A stretch of 35,676 nt of DNA from an uncultured Coriobacteriia bacterium (GCA_949879855.1 CATLBX010000004.1:1-35676), one strand, 5' to 3'. Counted from the first letter of the stretch, positions 9,064 through 17,258 are shown. Notes: generated by a model not told the origin, from the sequence alone. Numbers and translations are program-made.

Positions 9064-12000
9064 CTACTTCACGCCGTACCAGCCGAAGTCCTCGTAGCGC
9101 CAGCCGATGGAGACCAGATGGTCGCGCTCCACGTCGGAGGTGGTGTAGTGATGCGAGCCGGAGTTGTTGGTGGGGGCGCTCGGGTCGACGTTGGGGTTGA
9201 ACAGGCGGTGAAGCCCGATGCCCTGGGCGTCGTCGGAGTACCAGCCGATTCCCTCGTCGGACCAGCCCACGGATATGAGGTGGTCGCGCTCCACGACACT
9301 CGTGGTGTAGTGGTGGTCGGTGCCCGAGTACAGGCGGTAGACCGGGGTGGCAGAGGTCACCGGCGCCGTCCAGGCCTCGCCCTCGTAGAGCCAGCCGGCG
9401 GCCACGATGCTCTCTATCTCGGCGTAGTGCGCCGTGTAGAAGTGCTCGCCGGAGTTGGGGTTGTAGGCGCGGTACATCACCTGGGTGGCCACGGGTCGGG
9501 CGTGGCGGCGTCGGGATCGTCAGTACCAGGCTTATCCGTGCTCGGCTTGTCGGTGGTGCCGGGGTCGTCGGTGCCGGGGGTGTCCGGCTTCGGGTCGTTG
9601 GGCTTGGGCGTTGCAGCCTTCTTAATCTGGAACGTTACATTCTTCTCGCCCGTGTAGTTGCCCTTGCCCGTCACAATACAGGTTGCCGTTCCCTCGTTCA
9701 CGTTATTCTCATACGAAAGGGTGTAGTCGGTGCCCTTCGTCAGCGTCTGGGAATTGTATTTGACAACCGGCTCGGGAGTGAGCGCGGAGCCGGTATACGT
9801 TTGCTGAGCAATGGCGTCAATTGTTGCGTTCGCAATATCGGCCGGCTGCCCTTCCTCTGCAGGAGGGGCAACGATATCGAACTCGACTTCCTTCTGCCCA
9901 GAATACGCGCCCTTGCCTTTGACGATAGCCTTCGCCTTTCCAATAGCGCCGTTATTGAAGTATTCGACTGTATAGTCGTCACCATAAACGAGCAGATCAT
10001 CGCCCAGCCAGACCATAATGCCCGGCTCGACGGGCTTCCCATAATAGAAGGGAGCTTCCGAAACGCCCGCCTCCGCATTCGCAAGATTGTTCGTAGCGGT
10101 GGCATTTACGTCAATCTCCGAAATGGAGCTATCGTTCATGTCCGCCGCACAGGCAATCGCACGAATCTTCGTGGGCTGCATAACCGTTATGCCCTCGTCA
10201 GGATTGTATGCAGCGGTTGTATCCTGTGCGGGTTCCTCGCTTTCCTCATCGCTTGCTTGCGGCATAAAGAAATTCGCGAACGCCTCAAACGGGGCCAGAA
10301 ACGAAACGGGCTCTGCAACGGGAGCGATGGGGTCGCTTCCATCCGTTGTGTAGTAAATCTTTGCGCCCTCGGTCGGCGTCTCGAGAAAGACCTTAGTGCC
10401 TCCCTTGGCAACATAACCCTCTGCCAGTTCCACCGAAACATACGGTGAAGTCACTGTCCCCTCATAGGCAAACAGCGGCTTGACGACCAGATCACTCGTT
10501 ACGGACCACCATGGCGTTTCGCTCGTCGTACCCCAGCTTACAAACTCCATGCCATCAGCCGCCGGATTCGTTTCGGGAAGCTGCGCAGCCTTGCCATGCT
10601 CAACTTGTACGGTCTTGAAAGCCGCGCCCTTTGCGTCAACAAACATGACCGTGTGCATCTTGGGTTCGTATACCGCGGTCACCACCATGTTTCCAGTCAC
10701 CGTCGTAGTTCCGTCCAGGAGGGCATCCCAACCCTTGAAGGTGTAGCCAAAGTCGTCACCCCTGTCGGCTTGCTCCATTGGGGGCGTGAGAGTCTGCCCA
10801 TAAGCGCATGTTTCCAGAAATATTTCCTCTCCCTCATGGTCTACCCATGCCACAGTACACGTGCGCGGAGAGAAGAGTGCATTGATAACCAAGTTATTGT
10901 TCACGCCCGAAGACGTTCTGCTCCACCCCAAGAACGTGCTTCCCTGTCGCTCGGGGGCAGCCGGAACAACAGCATCCTCACCCTCGTTGACAAGCTGCTC
11001 GCTCACAGCCACGATGGAGCCATCCGCGTCCTCATACTGGTACGTCACCTTGTACTGCGGGGTCGGAGCCTTGATAGTGGCAACGTTGACGAGCCCCGTT
11101 GAGCCCTTGACGCCAAGGGCAACGATGAAGTCGCCACTCTCCACGCTCGGGTCCTGTCTCGGAATGAACTCGAAGGAATAGGTATTGTCGGCACCAATAA
11201 TGGTCTGACCGATGAACTGAACCTGGTCTTCGTTGGGGTCGGAGTTGGTCACGTTGTAGACCATGATAGTGGCTTCTTTGCCACTGAGGTCCGCTCCCGC
11301 AGCGAGCTTGCCGGAGATGCTTTGCTTCGTGCCGGACTTGTCCTCCTCGCCCTGAATCTGACCGGGCCGCTTTGTGCGATACCGATACGCGGTACGATTC
11401 TCGACCTCGCGATCAGGTGATGCAGATGCCTCCTCAAAGGCCCAATCAGTCCAATCTCCCCATTTCTGATAACCGTAGGTAATCGTTTTATCGCGCGTTT
11501 GATAGGTGTAGGTCGTGACGATAGATTTTGTCCACCAGTAGGACTGACCTTCACGCCTATGCGAACATGAGCTGTACGGTCCGTGCAAATCCCATGCCTT
11601 ACCGCCCTTATCGGCGAACTTGTTGGGGCAGGCCGCCATGGGAGAATTGAGCGTTATCTCATGATATGTACAGTTAGAACCATAGGCTTTTGAATCCTGA
11701 TTCTGGCATCGGTCGTAGTAATTGCACCAGCGATAGTACGTATACTTGGTCGACTGCCCAACAATCTGCAACGTATCATTCGTTCCCGGTTTGCTCGTCG
11801 TGTACTTATAGCCACTCCAAGCGCCGTACGATGTCGTGTCCTTGCTGTTGCGATCCCAACCCGCGAGAGAGGGCGCGGTGCTCGTCGTGAATTGCCTATC
11901 GCGATACCTGTACTGCACGGCCTCTTCTACCTCGACCGTATCCGACGCAGCGGGCTTCTCGGTCGACCACTCGGACCAGTCGGTGAAGTAGAAGTTATCC

Positions 12001-12165
12001 ATCGTGACAATTTCCTTTTGTACCGCGGCAGAATATGCGCCGCCGGTACGGTAATTGCCATCGAGACCAACCACTTCTACCTCTGCGATAGAGGCAACGT
12101 AGTTTCCGTTGTATTTCAAGGTCACCGACTTTTCGATTTCACTGTCAGTACCGATTTCGATAGAG
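9064..12165 (-). pseudogene. 5'-truncated, frameshifted multidomain surface protein (WSEW-type repeats, InlB B/Flg_new-like repeats, CHB_HEX_C/Fn3-like domain, Ig-like repeats, DUF5648-like tail)
   Basis: Domain-like sequence begins abruptly at the REP boundary (~12165), with no signal peptide or start. Motifs P..EG.TF.GW and TPTEGAKIYYTTDGSDP. One base is missing at ~9493-9496 relative to the paralogous junction at ~4478-4484, which splits off ORF 9064-9492. Confidence 0.75.
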
Positions 12166-12280
12166 TGGAGAGATTTCTCGACTCCGGCGCTGCGCGCCTT
12201 CGCTCGAAATGACAAGGGGAAGTGTACCTGCGGCGCTTCGCTCGAAATGACAGGAAGGAGTGTACCTACGGCCGCTTCGG
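12166..12280 (-). repeat. REP-like hairpin cluster 1 (full unit 12166-12222, half unit ~12229-12254, degenerate unit to ~12280)
   Basis: Minus strand TGTCATTTCGAGCGAAGGCGCGCAGCGCCGGAGTCGAGAAATCTC. 54/57 nt identical to 13927-13983. Confidence 0.88.
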
Positions 12281-12291
12281 TCAGGACGTCC

Positions 12292-12639
12292 TTACTCCTC
12301 GAAATGCTCCTCGCAGAAGGATCTGAGCGCGGGAAGGTAGTTCTCCATGGCATCCCAGGCAATCTCGGGGTCGAAGTTATCATAGCCGTGGACCAGATGG
12401 CAGCGCATGCCATAGATGGCGCGCCAGTCGATTTGTGGATGCATATCCCTGAACTCTTCGGAAATCCGACCAACCGCCTCGCCAATCTGGATGAGACACA
12501 GCGAGCAGCTATCCTGGTACGGAACGCTACCCGCAAACACCCCGTAGTCTGCCCCAAAATAGCCACGGGTTTCGTCGAGACGCGCGCAGTAGCGCAGAAT
12601 CACGCCAAGCTGCTCGTTATCGCGCTCGGGTTGCCGCAT
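12292..12639 (-). CDS. HepT-like HEPN ribonuclease toxin (DUF86)
   Basis: IQIGEA, W..I.GMRCHLVHGY (R-x4-H-x-Y). Overlaps the upstream MNT gene. Confidence 0.9.
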   Translation of the reverse strand: MRQPERDNEQLGVILRYCARLDETRGYFGADYGVFAGSVPYQDSCSLCLIQIGEAVGRISEEFRDMHPQIDWRAIYGMRCHLVHGYDNFDPEIAWDAMENYLPALRSFCEEHFEE

Positions 12640-13084
12640 AGAGCAGCACCTCATCTTGCTTGATCTTGTCGAGGAAGCGTTTGCTGGCTCCTGCCGTCGT
12701 AACCACATCGACCTTACGCCCCAGGCGCTGTGCCAGCTTTTCCTGGAAGTCGAGGACCTGCATGCCCCTAATCTCTCCCTTGTCCAGCAGGATATCGACA
12801 TCGCTCGTCGCCGTGGCCTCGTCACGCGCATAGGAACCGAACAGTGAGACCTGCTGGGCACCGAACTCCTCGGCAAGGGAGATCACGTGATATTCGATGG
12901 TCTCGCGCGATAGCGGGGATTTATCGTCCAAAGCCCGCACCAGAAGCCCCTCGATGTAGCTCGACCGCGTCGTCACCGCGCGTCCCGCGAGTCCAGCCGC
13001 CTTATCGGCTGCGGCCGCTCGTGCAACCTCGGCATCAATGCGGTTTAGCGTCTCGTCCTTGAGATAGAGGGAAATCGTGGGCAT
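12617..13084 (-). CDS. MntA-like nucleotidyltransferase antitoxin with N-terminal RHH domain
   Basis: FGSYAR…SDVDIL (GS-x10-DxD) and LGRKVDVV. N-terminus TISLYL..ETLNRID…TRSSYI. RBS AAAGGAGG. Confidence 0.88.
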   Translation of the reverse strand: MPTISLYLKDETLNRIDAEVARAAAADKAAGLAGRAVTTRSSYIEGLLVRALDDKSPLSRETIEYHVISLAEEFGAQQVSLFGSYARDEATATSDVDILLDKGEIRGMQVLDFQEKLAQRLGRKVDVVTTAGASKRFLDKIKQDEVLLYAATRAR

Positions 13085-13126
13085 GGGGCCTCCTTTCTAT
13101 TGCATTATATAATAGATATAGAGGGC

Positions 13127-13174
13127 GAGATTTCTCCACTTCGGCGCTTCGCGCCTACGGTCGAAATGACAGGG
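13127..13174 (-). repeat. REP-like hairpin, unit 2
   Basis: Minus strand TGTCATTTCGACCGTAGGCGCGAAGCGCCGAAGTGGAGAAATCTC, immediately after the LytTR stop. Confidence 0.88.
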
Positions 13175-13176
13175 AG

Positions 13177-13608
13177 CTACACCCCGAGCTCTCGTAGCCT
13201 TGCGCGGACTTCCTTCGCGTAGCGCTTGCTCACGGGAACCTTCGCACCCGACCCGAGCGCCAGTTCGAGCGAACTCACGGTCGCGATACGCGCCGAGTTC
13301 ACGAGAAAGCTGTTATGACAGCGAATGAAGCTTGCCGGAAGCTTGGCGATGATGTCCTTCATGGTCGAGTACATCTGGAACACGCCGGCATCTGCGTGGA
13401 CGAACACCTTGCGCTTCACGCTCTCGACGTAATCGATGGTATCCACGGGCACGAGATGCATCTCGCGACCGAATTTGATGATGAGCTTGGAAGGTATAGG
13501 CGCTTCATCGGGATTACCCGCACGTTGAGTGCGCTGCGTGGCGCCCTGTTTGAGTGTCTGCGTCTTCCGCGACCTTGTTGAATTGTCGCGGATTGTTTCT
13601 GATTTCAT
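13177..13608 (-). CDS. Stand-alone LytTR DNA-binding domain protein
   Basis: IDYVES.KRKV, FIRCHNSFLVN and VPVSKRY LytTR motifs. No receiver domain. Start uncertain. Confidence 0.85.
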   Translation of the reverse strand: MKSETIRDNSTRSRKTQTLKQGATQRTQRAGNPDEAPIPSKLIIKFGREMHLVPVDTIDYVESVKRKVFVHADAGVFQMYSTMKDIIAKLPASFIRCHNSFLVNSARIATVSSLELALGSGAKVPVSKRYAKEVRARLRELGV

Positions 13609-13642
13609 ACATTCAAAATAGCACAGTCAATAGCATGCACTC

Positions 13643-13861
13643 ATGCAGAAGTCTGAAATTAGAAACAAAATCGGTTTGCGAATCAAGGACCTTCGTAAGC
13701 AACACGGACTTACGCAAGACCGGTTTGCCCTCATGACGGGAATCAACCGCAGCTATCTCGCAGACATCGAGAAGGGCAATCGTAATTTCGGCTTCGACAC
13801 ACTCGAGAAGATCGTCGAAGGGTTTGGGATATCGTACTCGGAGTTCTTCCACGGGTTGTGA
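13643..13861 (+). CDS. XRE-family HTH regulator
   Basis: IGLRIKDLRKQHGLTQ…RSYLADIEKGNRN, 72 aa. Confidence 0.9.
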   Translation: MQKSEIRNKIGLRIKDLRKQHGLTQDRFALMTGINRSYLADIEKGNRNFGFDTLEKIVEGFGISYSEFFHGL

Positions 13862-13886
13862 CTGGCGAAGCGACTGGGACAACGAA

Positions 13887-13919
13887 AAGAGCGGAGCGAG
13901 ATTACTCGACTCCGCTCTT
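13887..13919 (+). terminator. Hairpin downstream of the XRE gene
   Basis: AAGAGCGGAGCGAG-ATTA-CTCGACTCCGCTCTT followed by a T-rich tail. Its right arm resembles the REP end. Confidence 0.55.
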
Positions 13920-13926
13920 CTTGTGT

Positions 13927-14014
13927 TGGAGAGATTTCTCGACTTCGGCGCTTCGCGCCTCCGCTCGAAATGACAAGGGGAAGGCCCTGCGCGCCTCCGC
14001 TCGAAATAACAGGG
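13927..14014 (-). repeat. REP-like hairpin cluster 3 (full unit 13927-13983 plus half unit ~13987-14014)
   Basis: Minus strand TGTCATTTCGAGCGGAGGCGCGAAGCGCCGAAGTCGAGAAATCTC. The half unit abuts the NlpC/P60 stop at 14016. Confidence 0.88.
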
Positions 14015-14015
14015 C

Positions 14016-14561
14016 TTACGGCCTGACGATCTTGCCGCGGATGGCCTCGACACGCACGCGCTCACCGGATTGCGGCGCATGAATCATCTGACCGTTGCCG
14101 ATGTAGAGACCGCAATGACCGGGGCTGCATGCCACGACATCGCCAGGGCGCGGGTCGCCCACCGCGGGCATGCCCCAGAACGAATACGACGTGTACGCAT
14201 GGCCGTACCTGCCGGTAAGCGCGTAGCTCACCAGGCCAGAGCAATCAAAGCCACTGGGGCTCGACCCACCCGACCTGTACGGCACGCCCAGCATGGACTC
14301 GGCACGGCGGACGGATTCGGGCTTGGCGGCCTCGATGGCCGCGATGCGCTCTTCCTCGATCTGGGCGGCGGTCTCGTCGATCTGCACGCGGCAGGTCGCA
14401 ATCAGCTCGAGCTGATCAGACTCGTCGACATGGGCCGCCTCGGACCCGTCGGGCGAGAAGGACTGTTGCAGGGGAACGGCGAATGCCGCGGGGCAAAGGG
14501 CGAGGACGAACAGAGTGGACAGCGCAATGCCAAGGACCGACTTACGGTTATGTGAATGCAT
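14016..14561 (-). CDS. Secreted NlpC/P60 (C40) peptidase, short form
   Basis: Signal peptide, GVPY, FDCSGLV, GHCGLY and MIHA. Confidence 0.88.
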   Translation of the reverse strand: MHSHNRKSVLGIALSTLFVLALCPAAFAVPLQQSFSPDGSEAAHVDESDQLELIATCRVQIDETAAQIEEERIAAIEAAKPESVRRAESMLGVPYRSGGSSPSGFDCSGLVSYALTGRYGHAYTSYSFWGMPAVGDPRPGDVVACSPGHCGLYIGNGQMIHAPQSGERVRVEAIRGKIVRP

Positions 14562-14725
14562 GAGAAAAAAGATTCCTAGCGCCCGCAATACACATGGTGC
14601 TCAATTTGTAGACAGTAATTGCAGCAGGCAAGGAGCCATACTACCCTAAGATTCGCGGCCTCCATAATCTGCGCACATTTCGCGCATATAGGCCCATGTG
14701 AACGGCATCATCCCCGCTAGATGGC

Positions 14726-15883
14726 CTAGAAGCGCAATGCTGCAGTCCATCCTCCACGACAGCTCTCGACGACGCCCCACCGCGTTCCCATGGCCTCGAT
14801 GCAGCTGATGCCGCCCGTGGAAATACCCACGTGACCGGGCTTGTAGAGCACGTCGCCGGGCTGGGCCTCGCTCGGGCTGAACCGTGCCGAGGCGACCGCG
14901 TAAAGCGATTCGGTATAGGACGGCAGTGAAATGCCGATCTGGCGATAGCACCAGGCCACGAATCCCGAGCAGTCGAACGCGTCGGGGCCCTTCGCGCCCC
15001 AGACGTACGGATGCCCCAGCTTCGAGTACGCGTAATCGAGCACGCCACCGTTCGTGGGGGTGCTCGGTGCTGCCCCCGACCCGGACGAGACCTCCGTGAT
15101 GGAGCTGGAGCCACCCGAAGCGCTGGGAGACCCGCCCACGTCGCCGTCGGTCGTGATGCCCGACCCGCCCGTATCGGGAGAGGGGGCCGGGGTGCTGGGC
15201 ACCACCTGCACCGCGCTCGGGACGAACTCCTGCGGCGCGCGGGCGCTCGCCTGGGCCTCGGCGGCCTCCTGCTCGGCAAGGATCTGGCGGTACTCCGCGC
15301 TCAGGTTGTTGTAGATCCTGTCGTACTCGCTTTGCTTGGCGAGCACCTGGTTCATGTAGGCCTCCGCCGAGGAGAGCTGGTCGGCCGCGCGCTGCTGCTG
15401 CGCGATAAGCTCGCCTTGCGCGGACTCGAGCGTCGCCTTCGTGACCTTGGTGCTGGCGACGAGGTCGGCGTCTTCGGCATTGAGGGCGTTAAGGGTGTCC
15501 CACACGGTCGCGAAGTCCTCGAAGGTGCTAACGCCCAGGAGCACGTCGAGATACGAGGTCGAACCCGAGCGGTACATGGCCGTCGCGCGCACGTCGAGGC
15601 GTTCCTGCAAGCTGCCGATGCGCTCCGACATCTCGGTGATGGTCGCCTGCGCCTCCTCGACACGTGCCGTGGCGTCATCGTAGGCATCCATGGCCTGGTG
15701 GTAGCGGTCGCCGGCGGCGGAGACGTCCTCGGCCATGGCCTCGAGTTGGGCCTTGACGGTACGGACCTCGGCCTGCTTCTGCGCGGCCGTGACACCGAGT
15801 GCCTGCGTGGGATTGATGGTGCATAACGCGCCCAGGGCGACGAACGAGCCGACAAGTGCCCTGCGATTGAGAATAGTAGACAT
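14726..15883 (-). CDS. Coiled-coil (PcsB/CwlO/RipC-like) NlpC/P60 peptidoglycan hydrolase
   Basis: Signal peptide, coiled coil with MYRSG…YLDVLLG…FEDF, S/G linker, GHPYVWGA, FDCSGFV, GHVGI. Confidence 0.9.
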   Translation of the reverse strand: MSTILNRRALVGSFVALGALCTINPTQALGVTAAQKQAEVRTVKAQLEAMAEDVSAAGDRYHQAMDAYDDATARVEEAQATITEMSERIGSLQERLDVRATAMYRSGSTSYLDVLLGVSTFEDFATVWDTLNALNAEDADLVASTKVTKATLESAQGELIAQQQRAADQLSSAEAYMNQVLAKQSEYDRIYNNLSAEYRQILAEQEAAEAQASARAPQEFVPSAVQVVPSTPAPSPDTGGSGITTDGDVGGSPSASGGSSSITEVSSGSGAAPSTPTNGGVLDYAYSKLGHPYVWGAKGPDAFDCSGFVAWCYRQIGISLPSYTESLYAVASARFSPSEAQPGDVLYKPGHVGISTGGISCIEAMGTRWGVVESCRGGWTAALRF

Positions 15884-15937
15884 AGCGCGTCCCCCAATGC
15901 AACGTTAGAAGTACATATTGGGTTCTCTGCGCAGGCT

Positions 15938-15946
15938 ATGGTACCA
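15938..15946 (-). promoter_or_regulatory. Extended -10 element (TGGTACCAT)
   Basis: TGn-TACCAT about 55 nt upstream of the ATG at 15883. Same hexamer as the promoter at 17150. Confidence 0.4.
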
Positions 15947-16021
15947 CCGTGGCGAACGCACGCCGACAAGGACGAATCGATGTCACAGACTCATCACATG
16001 TGTGGAGGGACGGTGATGGAG

Positions 16022-17077
16022 CTAGGGGCGCACGATCTTTCCACGCACGCTCGAGATGCGCACCGTCGCGCCGGTGTGCGGGGCCTCGATCATCTGACCG
16101 TTACCGATGTACAGGCCGCAGTGGCCCGCGTGGCAAGCGACGACGTCACCCGGTTGCGGGTCGCTCACCTCGGGCATGGCCCAGAAGTCCTGGGAGACGT
16201 AGGCGTGACCGAAGCTGCCCGTCAGCGCCCAGCTCACGAGACCGGAGCAGTCAAAGGCGCTGGAACTGCTCGCACCGTAGACGTAGGGCAGGCCAATGGC
16301 CGAGTAGGCACGCTCGACCGCGCTGGAGCCACCGACGTTGCCACTGGGACGCGAGGAGCTGCTGCTCTTGCTGCCACTGCCACCGCCACTGTTGCCACCG
16401 CTGGAAACCGAGGGGAAGTACGCCGCGCTTGCCGCAGCCGCGGCCTGGGCCTGGGCTGCCTGCTCTTGCTCGAGAAGTTCCTGGTACTCGGAGCTCAGGC
16501 CGTTGTAGATGGACTGGTACTGGGCGGTCTTGGATTCGATTTCGGTCCTGTAGGACGCGGCGATGTCGAGCTGGCGCTGGGCCTCGGCCTGCTTGGCGTC
16601 AAGATCTGCCTTGGCGGCATCGAGCTCGGCCTTTGCCTGCTTGCTGCTCACCACGAGGTCGGCATCTTCCGCGTTGAGCGTGTTGAGGGTGTCCCACACG
16701 GTCGCGAAGTCATCGAAGGAACCCACGCCCATGAGCACGTCGAGGTAGGTCATGGAACCTGAGCGGTACATCGAGGTCGCACGCGTCTCGATGCGCGTCT
16801 GCAGCGAGTTGATCTTTGCCTGGGCGTCGTTGATGCGTTGCTGGCATTCCTCGGCTTCGGCGACGGCCTGGTCATGATTGCGGTTTGCGAGGTTGAAGTC
16901 GTCGACGGCAAGGGAGAGCTCGTCATTGAGCGCGTTGAGCTGCGCGGAGACGCTCTGGATTTCGGCCTGCTTCTGCGCGGCCGTGACGGCACCAGCGCTC
17001 ACGGGAAAGAGCGTCAAGGCGAGTGCCGCGGACAACACGAATGCCAGGGCCGCCTTGCGCTTCATTGGGATATGCAT
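16022..17077 (-). CDS. Coiled-coil NlpC/P60 peptidoglycan hydrolase
   Basis: Signal peptide (MKRK…ASAGA-like), same coiled-coil motif, GLPYVYGA, FDCSGLV, GHCGLY. Probable start 17077. Confidence 0.9.
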   Translation of the reverse strand: MHIPMKRKAALAFVLSAALALTLFPVSAGAVTAAQKQAEIQSVSAQLNALNDELSLAVDDFNLANRNHDQAVAEAEECQQRINDAQAKINSLQTRIETRATSMYRSGSMTYLDVLMGVGSFDDFATVWDTLNTLNAEDADLVVSSKQAKAELDAAKADLDAKQAEAQRQLDIAASYRTEIESKTAQYQSIYNGLSSEYQELLEQEQAAQAQAAAAASAAYFPSVSSGGNSGGGSGSKSSSSSRPSGNVGGSSAVERAYSAIGLPYVYGASSSSAFDCSGLVSWALTGSFGHAYVSQDFWAMPEVSDPQPGDVVACHAGHCGLYIGNGQMIEAPHTGATVRISSVRGKIVRP

Positions 17078-17149
17078 AGTTAAGAATCCTAACTGCCCGC
17101 TCACACCCGGACCCCGGAGCAGACGGTTTGCTTCGCTCGTTGAGCGTCT

Positions 17150-17178
17150 ATGGTAACACCCGCGCGTGCTCCTGTCTA
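17150..17178 (-). promoter_or_regulatory. Sigma-70-type promoter
   Basis: TAGACA-17 bp-TACCAT with a TG extension. Confidence 0.6.
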
Positions 17179-17258
17179 AAAACGCAGTTCCGCACCACAA
17201 TATCTTGATATGCGCAGGCTCGAAAACACTACGCACCCCTGTCGATACAACAGTGGCG

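Noticed and set aside
4050-9492. Diversity-generating retroelement TR/VR pair in the duplicated module
   Set aside because: No reverse transcriptase in the window. The differences include many synonymous changes and are not obviously adenine-specific, and both copies are gene tails.
12166-12566. N-terminal ~135 aa of the 1029-aa ORF
   Set aside because: It translates repeat DNA and an alternate frame of the HepT gene, so it is not real coding sequence.
12166-14014. Repeats as a CRISPR array or IS terminal inverted repeats
   Set aside because: Spacing is gene-sized and irregular, units are direct rather than inverted, and no cas or transposase gene is present.
3907-14014. Accessory region as a tRNA-Pro-integrated island or prophage
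   Set aside because: It lies on the 5' side of the tRNA. I found no duplicated tRNA end, integrase or phage genes.
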